A stretch of DNA of 64,000 nucleotides from Octopus bimaculoides (GCF_001194135.2 NC_069008.1:18467390-18531389); one strand, 5' to 3'. Counted from the stretch's first letter, positions 34,611 through 48,840 are shown. A program made the numbers and translations. The notes: generated by a model not told the origin, from the letters alone.

Positions 34611-35156
34611 GGGGCCAGAGGTGGCTGGCAATGACCATGATCAGTTGGTCCTTTTTACGTGCCACCAGCACGGGGATCACAGCTACAATTTCCATTTGAT
34701 ATATATACATATATATATAAGAGGAAAGGTAAGTTCAAAAAGAACAATTCAAATATTTTGGGGGATCCAAAACAAAAGAAAAGTTGATTTCTTATAAGGA
34801 TTCATCATATTCATGAAAATCAGCCAAAACAGGTAATAAGAATATGAAAATAATATTTGAGGAGATTCGTTATAGGTATAAGGATACACCATAAACAAGT
34901 ATAAAAAAGAAATGGAGAAAAGATGTTGAAACAGAAATAGATTTATTATAAAACTGGATTCAATGCAAACGTACGTTTCGAAAAACAATGCAAAAATGTA
35001 AGAAAACATTTAAACCATAGTGATTATAATTATAATTGAAAATAAAAAATTAAAATTAAGAATAAAAATTAAAAAATTAAATTAAAAATTTAATTTATGC
35101 ATTATCACTGCATATATATGTATACATTCATATATATGTACATATATATATATATG

Positions 35157-35188
<32 letters not shown>

Positions 35189-35275
35189 NNNNNNNNNNNN
35201 NNNNNNNNNNNNNNNNNNNNNNNNNNNNNNNNNNNNNNNNNNNNNNNNNNNNNNNNNNNNNNNNNNNNNNNNNNN

Positions 35276-35323
<48 letters not shown>

Positions 35324-35383
35324 TACATATCTACATATGTATTCCTACATATGTGTGTGTCTGTATGTAAATATGTATGCATG

Positions 35384-35431
<48 letters not shown>

Positions 35432-35763
35432 TTCATGTGTATGTGTTTGTATTTCTATTAAGGTTAGCCGTATACATTGGCACCAACCTCACCCAGAGGA
35501 ACCCAATGAGAAGAACTAAGCCAGTCTGTTGCACCCTGGGTGGCCTCTTACTCCACTATGTTTGCTTTTTAGCAGCAAATCTTGCCAAAAATTGAGAAAT
35601 TGGGGTTGTTTTTCTGTTGTGGTTTTTAATATTGAGTAAATTTTCTCTCCCCTCCTCTTTTTCTTTGAACGAATGAATGAATCTCTCTCTCTCTCTCTAT
35701 CTATCTATCTATTTATCTATCTATTTCTCTATCCATCTATCCATCTATCTATCCATCTATCTG

Positions 35764-35813
<50 letters not shown>

Positions 35814-35816
35814 CAT

Positions 35817-35850
<34 letters not shown>

Positions 35851-36266
35851 CTATCTATCCATCCATTCAGAGCTGCCATAAAAGAGTTGGTGTGGAAGGT
35901 TATTGGGCAAAACGGTGATGCCATGCAGCATAAAATACACAACATCAACTAGAATGCTGCTTTTCTCGTTTTTATTTTGTGATCATAAAACGAAAAATTT
36001 CCCTTAACTTCTAAAAAGATATACATCAAGACCATGGGGCTGGTACATATATACANNNNNNNNNNNNNNNNNNNNNNNNNNNNNNNNNNNNNNNNNNNNN
36101 NNNNNNNNNNNNNNNNNNNNNNNNNNNNNNNNNNNNNNNNNNNNNNNNNNNNNNNNNNNNNNNNNNNNNNNNNNNNNNNNNNNNNNNNNNNNNNNNNNNN
36201 NNNNNNNNNNNNNNNNNNNNNNNNNNNNNNNNNNNNNNNNNNNNNNNNNNNNNNNNNNNNNNNNNA

Positions 36267-36297
<31 letters not shown>

Positions 36298-36362
36298 CGC
36301 GCGCGCGTATGTATGTGTGTATGTATACTCATGTTTTAAGTTCTAATTTTCAATTGCACCCC

Positions 36363-36409
<47 letters not shown>

Positions 36410-37212
36410 GACCCACCCGTCCACCCATGCGGATATCTTTCACACAGTCCATGCTGCGATTCGATCTGCTGAATTGTTAACTTGAAAGTAAAATGTTTCT
36501 TTTTTTCCCCCTTTGGTGCGCCTGACATAAGAAAGAAAAATAATCGAAGGAAATAAGAGATAAACAAATTTTCTTAACCGAAAAAGTAATTAAAATTGTA
36601 GAAATATAGTATTTATATTCGTTTATTTGATAATATTTTTATTTAAAAGAGGTGAAATATTGAAATCAAAGTGTGTTGTTGTTCTCGGGTAAGCGTGGTG
36701 TCGGCTGCTCGGGTCGTCGCTGCCATTGGCGGTTCGTCTGCTGCTGGTGTCGGCTGCTTCATAAAGTTTTTCAATGTAAGGAGCCGAGACGGATGGACCC
36801 TTATTTTACTGCTCTGTCTCTTTTCTATAACTCGCCTAGGGTGTAACATTGAAGCTAGAAAGAAGAACAAGTGGAAAGCAACGAAGAAAAGTCATCAGAA
36901 CGAAGCAGCAACAACAACAGAATTCTTCTTTGCGACCATTTTGAAGTCTCATCTTTCTTTCTCCTCAAAACTTTTCTTCTTCTTCATAGTTTTATTTATT
37001 TATTCTTTTGCCTCAACCCGAAACCTGCTGCCTTTCATTTTTCTTTAGAACTTATTTGCTTCTCTATCTCTCTATCTCTGTTTCTCTCTGCTCGTCTTTA
37101 ACTGTTTTATTGTCAGCCCTAACCGAAAGATATAAATATACTCACGTTGTATATTTAGACAGACACAACTGAGGGGGATCTCGAACAAACAAGCAACAAC
37201 ACTCGCCGCAAA

Positions 37213-37237
37213 ATGTCTGAAGATTGGAATACCTACT
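37213..37237 (+). CDS. Candidate start-codon mini-exon (MSEDWNTY, phase 1) of an unidentified gene, possibly an alternative PKA catalytic subunit N-terminus
   Basis: gccgcaaaATG invertebrate Kozak context and T|GTAAGT donor. Acceptor tttattgtcag| ending at 37116. A possible upstream UTR exon ends at 36688 (G|GTAAGC), with TATTTAAA at 36640. Confidence 0.45.
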
Positions 37238-37831
37238 GTAAGTTACTCGTATTTTATGTTATTATATCTTCATTTCGTGTTTAAACAGCGACAATTGGGG
37301 AACAAAAATAGGTCCGAATCAGATGTTGAGAAGAAATGATGGTCGAGAGTCGAAAGGAATAAAGATAAGAAAATAAATTCATGCTAAAGAGAGTCGTTAA
37401 TGGTTTGTAAAAGATTATATAACATAAATACTTTCTAAATATATATTTGTAAGGAGAACTAAGGCTGGAGATGAAATAGTTTCTCGCAGATGATAGGATT
37501 TTAATTTCCCCAGTCAAACTACAGCATAACCTCATGTAACGCCGGTGGGATTGAAACCTTCACCTTCCCTTTTACACAGCTCTGACCGCAGGTTCGAACC
37601 CTGTCTCTTCTTTCTAGATATTATTCTTTTTCATTTGCTTGTCAATTCGGGGCTTAAAAGTTCGGAGAGAAAGCATGAACACCACAACAGCTCACGACAT
37701 CGTTAGAAAGAAGGAAAATGACCCTTCCCTCATGTTTTCGACTGCGGACAAGGTTCGATCTTGGCATGTAGATATTTACTATAATACACTTCATTTTCAT
37801 TGTAAGAAAAGAGAACATGAAAGCCACAACT

Positions 37832-37864
<33 letters not shown>

Positions 37865-38115
37865 TTCTGTCGATTTTTGCAGGTCTGTAAATAATAACAT
37901 TTTATAAACTTAAAGCTTACACGATGATCGCTTTTAGTTTTAAACTTATAAAATATTTGTGTGTGTGTGTTGTGTGTGTGTGTGTGTGTGTGTGTGTGGT
38001 CGAACCCCTGCTAGAATGGAAAACGGACGTTAAACGATGATGATGATGATGATGTGGTGTATATGTATCTGCATGTGAGTGTACACACACACACGCACAC
38101 GCACATATATGTATA

Positions 38116-38151
<36 letters not shown>

Positions 38152-38189
38152 TATATATATATATATACATACATACATACATACATATA

Positions 38190-38249
<60 letters not shown>

Positions 38250-39099
38250 GAGAGAGAGAAACTAACAGATAGACAGATACCTATACACCATTACTGCCAT
38301 CCATCCCAAATAAACAGTATCTCCACTACCAGTGCCAACATCTTATTCCACAACCACTATTACCACCACCACCACCACCACACAACAGCAGTATCACTAA
38401 TATCATTACCATATGCCACTATCACCACCCTATCATCCACCCCTCCATTTCTGAACTGGTACCTTTAAATGGTGAATGAAAAATTTGATCTTGGCACAGT
38501 TTGAACACAGAGCCCCTTTGACCAGAAATCATACCACAAGATATTCTATCCTCCACCCTAATATTAGCACCACCTGATGATGTAATGTTGAGTTTTTATT
38601 TATTGGATGTCCACGATTGATGTGGGGTACTTGATGCCCTAGACCAGCCAGACAATGTGCTCTCTCTTCGCCTGGTCCTACAATCTCCCCCCCCCCACTT
38701 CTTCCAATTCTACAATATGCTACCAGCACCTTCCACATGATGGTTTAAACATGTCCTGACTGCCGATACTCAGATGTTTGTTGAGGCTGCAGTTTCTCTC
38801 TGATGGTGGACAGGTGTGGTCACCATTTGTGAAACCTGATTTTCTGGCAGAGCTGCAGTCCAGGGTGAAGCAAAGACAGGATTGGACACCTGGCATCTAG
38901 AATAGGGGTAGGTGCTCACCACCCTCCACCAGTCAGGCAACGGTTCAGTGGATGTTCCACTTTAGCAATCTGTAAGGGGTTTAGTGGTTGGAAAAAAAAG
39001 TGACAGAAGCAAACCAACCAGTCTGTTCTGGAGTTCTTTTGGATTGGGGACTTCCATGGATATCTTCCAGAATTCTTTGACCTGCTTATACTACAAATG

Positions 39100-39187
39100 G
39101 ATGCTAGCAGATTGGGATAAACTCTACAGGTACACAAGTGAGATGCTAGCAGATTGGGATAAACTCTACAGGTACACAAGTGAGATG
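39100..39187. repeat. Perfect 42-bp tandem duplication
   Basis: gatgctagcagattgggataaactctacaggtacacaagtga occurs twice. Confidence 0.95.
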
Positions 39188-41440
39188 GGTGCAGAACAAT
39201 GAAACCATGCATTCACTCGTTCAGTGTTCTGGCTTTACTGACTCACGGAGTTATGTTGAATAGCTGCTGTCATATGTGGGACAGATCTGGTTATAAGCCA
39301 GGTCAATCATTATTCTTCACGCTTTTTTCTATCATTGTAGCTAAGATAAATATGTTTTGCTTTTAAAATATGAAAGTTATTTAGATCTAAACCTGATTAC
39401 TCTCCTATAAAATTTTGCTACAAATTTTTATGTAAACTTTTGCCAAAATGTTGTTAGGGGCCAGTCCTAAATGATGATGATGATGATATACAATCATACA
39501 TACATATATAATAAGATGGTCATGAACTATATTTCTGTACTTCAGATACTAACAAAGTCTCTCTCAAATCGCCATCCTAACATGTTGGATAATGTAATGT
39601 TAAGTTAGGATGGTCCTGGGTGGATTTACAGGTCTTCTCAATCATGGCTGACTTGCAGCTAAACAACATTGATGATGCCATGTTCAGTTAGAAATTGCAG
39701 CCAATCATCCCTCAAATCACATAAGCTGTATAAAAACCAAGAAGGACATATTGTATGTTTACTGGACAGTCATGGTTGGAATGCATTTGGTCATAGGTCT
39801 ACTTGATCAGAGTTGACATGGGGCTAAATAGCAACAGTTACATGCTGTTTATTTTTGGTTAGGTGGACTGTACCATGTACCTCCACATGGACTCTCTTTA
39901 TGGCTAGATGGACTATGCACCTCCACATGGTAACCATTTGCACCTACATAGATTGTGGCACACTTATGTGGACCCTGTTTATAGTTAGCTGGCCTGTGGC
40001 ATTTCCACATGGTATGTATTGACAGCTAGAGGGATCCAGGCATCTCTGAGTGGTACCTGTTTACAGCTTGACAGACTGTGACACTGTTACATGATATCTA
40101 GATACCCTGCTCTTTCTCCATGGTACTTGTTCACTGCTTGTGTTTGTCAAGCCTGCTATGGATGGTTCTTGAGCTGTGTTGCTGCCCAGATGTTTGAATC
40201 TGTGAAAAAGTTCACAGTTTGATTGATTATTGCAGATGAGTGCTTTGTATGAGGGGCTGCTGGTTGGTACATGATTTGTGCTATTGGTGGAGATGAAGTC
40301 TTCACAGACAGGAGAGAAACTTTTGATGAAATACTTGAATCATGATCAACAACCCAACCGTGCAGACCCATTGAGTGGGGTTGCATAAGCTGTCGGCTCT
40401 CTCCCTATGAAATCAGCAATGCACACCACAAGGGAAAGTCTCAGCCTCCAAACTTCCAAGTTTAAGGTCTATATCAACAAAGGGCCAGTGAGTTGGAGAT
40501 TATTTTTTACAGCATGGTACTCAGTTACAGCTACATAGACTGTACCTCTTTTGGCAGGTACAGCAAGAATCTCAGTAGATTCCATCTGAACAAAATACTG
40601 CACATTTTGTGGGTTGGACAAGAGCTCAGAATTGAGGTCCACAATTGTCGATGAGGAAGCTTGCATGTAGTTGCTCCATCTATTAGAAATAGCAGCTAAT
40701 TCTCACTCAATCCTATCATCTTTAAAAAAGAAAGGTATGTTGGATAATGTAGTCCTAGATACTCTTAGATGTATGAGATGATCCTAATTGATATGACCAT
40801 CATCATAGGTTTATTCGTGCAAGGCTGGCCAGGGGCTAAGGAACAATGTGATTCTGTACCTGCTTATAGTCTTTCCTGAGTATACCCACCTTAATTGTGC
40901 AGTAATGATGATGATGATTATTATTATTATGATGACATATGAAGCTGTTTAATAAAAGGCAGTTTAGAGAATGTCCTTCGTTGTGGGATGTGAGTTGAAG
41001 ACTGGTTGGCTGTTGTTTCTAGCAAGTCCTTTAAGCACATCTCTCACATAACAAATGTGTGGGTGTATGTTTGTGTGTGCATCTGTATGTGTAGATGTTT
41101 GTGTTTGTATGTAAATGTATGTATACATGTTTATGTGTATGTATGTATGTACATATGCATGTGTATGTTTGTGTGTAGGTATGTGTGTGTATATATGTAT
41201 ATATATGAGTGTGCATATGTTTACACAAGCATAAACATCCATAAACATGCAATTTGAGGGGAGGGGTAAAGTCAATTCCATCCAACCTCAGTACTCAACT
41301 AATACTTATTTTATTGACCCTGGAAGATGAAATTCAATGTCGACCTTGGTGGCATTTGAACTCAAAACATAAAGATGTACAGTAGACCGCTGAGCATTTT
41401 GCCCGGTGTGCTAACAATTCTGCCAACTTGCCACCTTAAA

Positions 41441-41482
<42 letters not shown>

Positions 41483-41984
41483 TTGGCTTCAAATTTTGGC
41501 ATAATGCACAAATTTTGTCCTGTGTAGCAATATTGGCTTTAATGGTGGTGAGTTGGCAGAATCGTTAACAGCATTTCATCCATCTTTATGTTCTGAGTTC
41601 ACATTATGCCAAGGTTGACTTGGCCTTTCATCTTTTGGGGGTCAGTAAATTCAGTACCATTTACCAATGGGGTCAAAGCAATTGATTTGTCCCTTCTCCT
41701 GAAATTGCTGGCCTTGTACCAAAGTTTGAAACCAATATTGGCTTTAGCATTATAAAAGTGGGTCTTTTTGTCAATACAGTATGATTTGCTGGTCATTAGC
41801 TTCAATGGGGCCTTACTTCAGCTCCAGTGGTTCATGGATTAGCTGACCCTTTCATTTCTACTGAGTTGACTCTTGACATTTGTAGACAAGCTTCAATGTT
41901 GTTTCTAAACAACATTGAACTGTCTTTGTTTATGCACAAAACTCTACTCATCTCTGTTCACTGAATGAACTGGTGCAGTTGCGA

Positions 41985-42610
41985 ACCCTTTCAGCAAAGG
42001 TGTTTGCTGCTGCTTATATCTGTGCTGGAAGGACAAAACCTCAAGTCTTTAGGTCCCTGGTCCTCCCTGTCCTGCTCTATTGTTGCAAGACTTGGACACT
42101 GGCTGAGGCCTTTAGGAGCCACCTGAACTCTTTTGGTACCAGGATAGCTTTGCAGGATTATCGGTTACCATTGGCTGGATTTCATAACCAATCAACAACT
42201 CTTCTCAGAACCTAAGACGCATCCTGTTATTTGTGTGAATCCAGAGTGCCAGCTCAGTGTGGTTGGCCATGCTGCTCGATTTTCTGAGTTAGACTAACAC
42301 TAAACTTCTGTCTTTAAACCCTTTAGCATTCAGATCCCTGTCAAATATAATGCTTATTTATTCCTATTTTTTAAACTCAACTTAGGTCCTGAAGTGTTCT
42401 CTTCACTGAGGATTTGGCTGGGTTGATGGCTATTTGTGTTGGTCAACTGCATGCCACATAGTCACTACAGATGAGGGGTAATCTCATGGATATGGGAACT
42501 GACTGCGACTCTGCTCAACAGGTCATCTGGAGGACCTGGGAACATACCAACAGATGATAAATGCAGCAGCACACTGCAGTGGTGCATGTCCCCACACCCG
42601 ACCTGTAAAC
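41985..42610 (+). mobile_element. 3' fragment of a second RTE family
   Basis: RTKPQVFRSLVLPVLLYCCKTWTL..HLNSFGTR (RTE post-RT motif PVLLYGxETW) and a 3' end atgcagcagcacactgcagtggtgcatgtccccacacc.gacctg. Confidence 0.75.
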
Positions 42611-43431
42611 TATACACATAATTAGTTTTTTAAGCCTTAAATAAAAATAACTTCTTCAATCTAAAGTTTTTCAACAGTGATGGTCTCCATAGGATCTGTG
42701 TAATGGTTGTTGTTTCCACATTACAGCCATAAACGAGGCTTTTGTATTAATGGTTATGAGTTTGCGTCCAAGGTGTCACCTTCTGAATTAATGTGTCTGG
42801 CCTTTGTCTTTTTGCCTGTTAGCTACACGTTCAGTACGGGTCTGGTCATTGCAGTTAAAGTCAGCATTTGACCTTCACATTGACCACGTGACCTTGACAT
42901 TGGCATGTGTGACCTTGACATTCCCAACCTTGGTCAATCCTAAGCATTAAAACAACATCATGAGATGGAGATATTCCCCAATATCAGCCACAAACTCTGT
43001 GCCCTCCCTCAAGGTCAAGGGTCAGAATTGTGTGTTGTGGTTGTTTAGCCCTCGGTCAGTCTGATCGAGCATTTTTATGATCATCCCGTCTTTCATACTG
43101 ACATAGCATATCTAGGACTACATTATCTAATGTGCCTTTCCTTTTGTTATTGTTGTTTAGCCTCAGATCAGTCCTGATCCAACAGACGTATGATCATAGA
43201 CATTCCAGCCATGGCGATCCTATCTTTTAGTTTATTAGGGAGGGAGTATATTGTGTTATGTATCCTTCTTTAAAACAATAGGGTGTGATTTGAGAGAGAT
43301 TTAACTGCTATTTCTTGCATATCAAGTAGCTACATAGAAGTGATGTATCTCTTACTATAAAAAACATGAGCCAGCTCTCTCTCTCCATTTTTTCTTCAAA
43401 TAATGCAAGCAGCAAGTACTATTAATGTTAT

Positions 43432-43468
<37 letters not shown>

Positions 43469-45538
43469 TGTACATACATATACGTACCACAATATACGCA
43501 ACAACGTGTGTGTGTGCTTGTATAAGTGTATGTATGTATGTTTGTGTGTATATATATATGTGTGTGTGTGTGTTCATATGTGTGTGTGTGTGTGTGTGTG
43601 ATCATCATAAGTTAAAAGTCCCTGTTTCCTGCTGGCATGGGTTGTTGGACAGGATCCAGTGGGTCTACGGACGGCCCCTGCCCCATTGTCTGCTTTGCCA
43701 TGATTTCTATTTTCATCTCTTCCCAGCCCCACCTGATTGCTCCCACCCTCTCTTCTCATCATGTGGTTCTTCTACAGCAGTGGTTTCCAAAGTGGGCAGC
43801 ACTGCACCCCCTGGGGGCATTGGACAGATTCGTAGTGAGGGCATTGAAGAAGACTGGGCCAATAATGGGGTAACCAAATGAAACGACAGTCATGGCCATT
43901 GCTGGTGTCATGTAAATGGCACCTGTGAAATTGTAATTGTGGCCATTGCCAGTAGCATGATCTTCGAATGTTGGGCCTCACAGAGATGATGACAAGAGAC
44001 AGAGACCTTTGGTAATATGCTGTGCTTGAGAAGACTCATCAAGCCAGATGAAACTATAGTCAATACTGTTGTCAGTGTCATGTAAATGGCACCCGTGCTG
44101 GTGGCACACAAAAATCACCCATTACACTCTTGGAGTGGTTGGCTTTAAGAAGGGCATCTGGCTGTAGAAAATATGCGAAATCAGACTGGAACCCGGTGTA
44201 GCTGTCTGACTTACCAGTTCCAGTCAAACCATTTAGCCCATGCCAGCATGGAAAACGGATGTGAAATGAAGATGATGATGATGATGATGATATATGTATA
44301 CATATATATAATTGTATATATATATATATAATTGTATATATATATATATAATTGTATGTATATATANNNNNNNNNNNNNNNNNNNNNNNNNNNNNNNNNN
44401 NNNNNNNNNNNNNNNNNNNNNNNNNNNNNNNNNNNNNNNNNNNNNNNNNNNNNNNNNNNNNNNNNNNNNNNNNNNNNNNNNNNNNNNNNNNNNNNNNNNN
44501 NNNNNNNNNNNNNNNNNNNNNNNNNNNNNNNNNNNNNNNNNNNNNNNNNNNNNNNNNNNNNNNNNNNNNNNNNNNNNNNNNNNNNNNNNNNNNNNNNNNN
44601 NNNNNNNNNNNNNNNNNNNNNNNNNNNNNNNNNNNNNNNNNNNNNNNNNNNNNNNNNNNNNNNNNNNNNNNNNNNNNNNNNNNNNNNNNNNNNNNNNNNN
44701 NNNNNNNNNNNNNNNNNNNNNNNNNNNNNNNNNNNNNNNNNNNNNNNNNNNNNNNNNNNNNNNNNNNNNNNNNNNNNNNNNNNNNNNNNNNNNNNNNNNN
44801 NNNNNNNNNNNNNNNNNNNNNNNNNNNNNNNNNNNNNNNNNNNNNNNNNNNNNNNNNNNNNNNNNNNNNNNNNNNNNNNNNNNNNNNNNNNNNNNNNNNN
44901 NNNNNNNNNNNNNNNNNNNNNNNNNNNNNNNNNNNNNNNNNNNNNNNNNNNNNNNNNNNNNNTTTAGGATTTGAACTCTAGGAGCTGTTGTTGTTGTTGT
45001 TGTTCTAGAAAACAATTAGGTGAGTTGTCATAATTCACCAAATCTAGCTCAGTTTCCATGTACCTGTGCTGCCAGCCTCGCCTTGTAGTCATAGCAACCT
45101 GTTACCATAGCTACTGACTTGCACTCCCCCCCCCACACACACACCCATCCCTCTGGTGTAGCTCTAAATTAGATTTCCTCTTGCAACATCTTGCACCCCT
45201 CCCACCCTCACACACACACACACACACACCCTTATTGGGTTTCTGTTTACCAACATCTCCGACTTACACATCCCTTCCCCCTCACTACGCACGCACCACT
45301 GCAGGTGTGTTGATATGGCTATGTAACTATTGTACACATGCATACGTCTATGTATATATATATATATATATATATACATATACATACACACACACACACT
45401 TGTAAAAGTGTGTGTGTGTGTGTAGCACTTTTAGTGATTGTATTTGTGTAAGTTTGCTTATTGTTTGCTTATTAACTACAACCATAACAACAACATGAGC
45501 ATCATCACTCACAGCCTCCACATCACGGCAACAACCTA

Positions 45539-45575
<37 letters not shown>

Positions 45576-47849
45576 AAACAAAGCCCAGACATTCCGACAT
45601 CAAATGAAACAATGTTTGTCAAACATCTTTGCCAAAGTCAGAAATTGAAATTTACGTAAAGGGGACAGGAACGTCTGTGATGAAGATCGTGATGACATGT
45701 GAAGGGGGGAAAGCCAGCAACCTGTTTAGAGTCTGACAACAATCACAAGCGGGCATGTAGGGCCTGGAGAAATCCCCTGCTTTCACACCGTTTCTAACTT
45801 TTCATTTCAATACTTCCAGATATGCAGAACATGGCAAACTGCACCAGAACCCATCCCACAGACACGGCCCCCGCCTGCCCATCTTATATGCACATCTTCC
45901 AAGTTTGAGTAATACTCACCTTCCTTTCAGACCCCTTCACTTTCAAACCTTCTGCGGGGGATAAATGATATCAATCACAACAACAACAACAACAACAACC
46001 GCAATGCACACCAATGACAATGGCCTCCACCCTTCCCCTCACCTGCTGTCCATTTGTGCCCAACACAGTCCAGATGGCATCTCAATCCTGCTCAGACTGT
46101 CCATGGTTCTTTGATAAAAACCTTTTATTTTAAACTAATCGAAATTCAAAATCTTCCATCTAATTTTCATGTTGATTTATGTTCCAAACATCAGCTTAAT
46201 AATCCTTTCTACTATAGGCACAAGGCCTAGGTTTTTGTGGGGCAGGGGAACAATTGATCGCATCGACCCCAGTACTTGACTGATACTTAATTTATCGACC
46301 CTGAAAGGATAAAAGGCAAAGTTGACCTTGGTGGAATTTGAACTCAGAACATAACAACAGACAAAATACCACAAAGCATTTCGCCCGGTGTGCTAACGAT
46401 TCTGCCAGCTTTCCCCCTTCAAACACCAACTTAATAACGACAAGGTTATTTTACTAAATTCTTCAATATTTTCAAACTTAATTGCAACAAAGGCAGACTA
46501 TTGCAATAGCAATTCAGTAACAAAAAGGTTCAACAGAATACGCCACACCAGCCTGCAAACAACCCCTCAGGTTCACATGTGTCTATATAGGGACAAGATA
46601 AACATCTCACACCAAAGGTTTGAACTTGTGTCAATGTACACCTAGGATGTGTTGAGCCAACCCAACTCTAACCAGTGAAGGGACAGGCCAAAGTTTCATT
46701 GGGATTATGATGTTGTAGGATGTCTCTAGCCGCAATAATATACAGTTTGGGCTGGCTGGATGGATGGATGTAGGTTGGTATGTATGTATGGATGGATGGA
46801 TGGATGTGTGTATGTATGTATGTGTGTATTTATGTATCTGTAATGTTTTGTGTGTGTATACATGTATATGTATGTATACATATGTATAAGCATATGTGTA
46901 TATATATACATGTGTGTGTATGTGTATATATGTGTGTGTGTGTTTTGCATAGATTATGTATTTATGTGTAACTCTTTCAAGTACCCTTTCTCTCCACCAC
47001 CACCCCCACTGCAACCCCACACCCTGCCTGCATCTGCACCCTGCATCTGTACCGTGCACTGCTTCCACTCCAACCCCCAGATGTTATGGAATGAGGTCAC
47101 TTTACGGCTCGACTCCAACAGAGAGAAAGAACATCTCACCCCACCCCACCCCCGCCAATCTCCCCATAAACCTCCCTTACTTCCAGGCTGACTCATCATA
47201 ACAACAACAACAACAACAGACAATCAGCTGTGCTTGTCATTTAGCCCAAGGTCTGCTCTGAGGGAGAAAATCTATGACAAAACATGTTCCAGACATGGCC
47301 ATCTCTTCTTGTCTTTCAGCCTGTGAATTTACTGTCCTTTGTCTTGCTTGGAGGGGAATTTGGCTGTTATTTCTAGCATGCTGAGAGACCATGCAGTGGC
47401 TTGTTAGATCACACCACCACCCCATCATCATCATCATCATCTTCCTCATCACCAACATCATTGTCATCATCACTATCCTCCACCTCTGCCTCCTCCGCAT
47501 CTCTATGATGTTGCCTGTCTTCTTACTTATATTTCAAATTTTATCCAAACACTTCTTCTCTTTTTGCCAAACTTTGCTACTCTTGTTATGTTTGGATAAA
47601 GTTTTTTTCTTGGCACATTTTTTGCACCTCTCTCTCTCTCTCTCTCTCTCTTTCTGTGTATCATGTTCACACCTGAATATATCATCTACACACCTGATAT
47701 ATATATATATATATATATATACATACACACATACACACACACACACACTTGATATTTATCTATCATTTAGTGTATGTGTGTGTATATACATATATATATG
47801 CATATATATATAATATATTTATCATATATATATATATGTATATAATGTC

Positions 47850-48840
47850 TATTCTTCTGCTTCTTAGGTCCATTGGTGCCTTTGAGCGGCACATTGGGCA
47901 GTCCGTAATCACCAATTATCTGTGTTTCTTCCCAGATGATGTTCAGTCTGCGCAAATCTTCTTTGAAGATCCTATTCCATAGCTGTTTTGTCTAGCCTCT
48001 CCTCTGGCAGTCTTAGTATGTGTCCAGCCTTTCTCATTTGTCATTTGGTTACAGTTGCATGCAGGGACTTTACTCTTGCTGCTTTGAGAATGGCTTCATT
48101 TGTCACTCTGTCTTGATAAGTGACTCTTAAGATCTTTCTGCTGTAGCACTGATGGAACACATCAAGTTGTCAGGTGATTTTTACTGTCATCTTCCAGATC
48201 CCAACTGCATGGATCACCACTGGCAGTTTTGCCGTTTTGGACAGACGGATCTTCCGCTCTATACTTATGTTGTTGTTACACCAAAGTGTTGTCAGTCTTC
48301 TAAATACTGCCACTGTGTTGCCAATTCTGCAGCTTTACGTCTGTCTCTGTTTTGCCGTTGCTTGTCATTAAGCTTCCCAGATATGTGAAGCTTATAACTT
48401 CTTCAACTGGTTCTTGTCCAACTTTCACTGCTACACTTCCTACTTGCTCTGCCTTCATTTTTTGACTGCTGATTCTCAACCCAGTCTTTGTTGCTTTCCT
48501 TTCCATTTTTGTTGTCATTTCTTGTAATGTTGGGTGGTTCTCAGCCAACAGAGCAATGTCATCAGCAAGATCCAAGTCTGTTAGCCGGTCCCTCGCTGTC
48601 CATGGTATGCCTGCAGCCGGTCCCTCGCTGTCCATGGTATGCCTGCAGCCGGTCCCACCATTGATTTTCGCATAACAAAATCGATCACCATCAGAAACAA
48701 CATTAGTGACAGGAGACAGCCTTGTCTTACTCCAGTGAGGATCCTAAAAGAACCAGGATATCCATACTCTGTTTTAATGCAGCAGCTTGAGTTGTTGTAG
48801 AAATGGCAAAGCAGACTGATCTAATCGTCTGGTATTCCAT
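47850..48840 (-). mobile_element. RT and C-terminal fragment of a third RTE family, with internal 32-bp tandem duplication
   Basis: ILTGVRQGCLLS.MLFLMVIDFVMR, DRLTDLDLADDIALL, GLRISSQKMK and FTYLGS motifs. 3' end in AGA-rich sequence. A 32-bp unit is repeated at 48583-48656. Confidence 0.85.

Noticed and set aside
37117-37237. Profilin call for MSEDWNTY
   Set aside because: No downstream profilin exons were found in the window, so the exon is kept only as an unidentified start exon.
37540-37610. tRNA-like B-box motifs (GGTTCGAACCC)
   Set aside because: No cloverleaf can be formed. These and other B-boxes in the window fit SINE heads rather than tRNA genes.
38500-39060. Complex sequence with ORF fragments on both strands
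   Set aside because: No motif recognised; probably an old TE relic.
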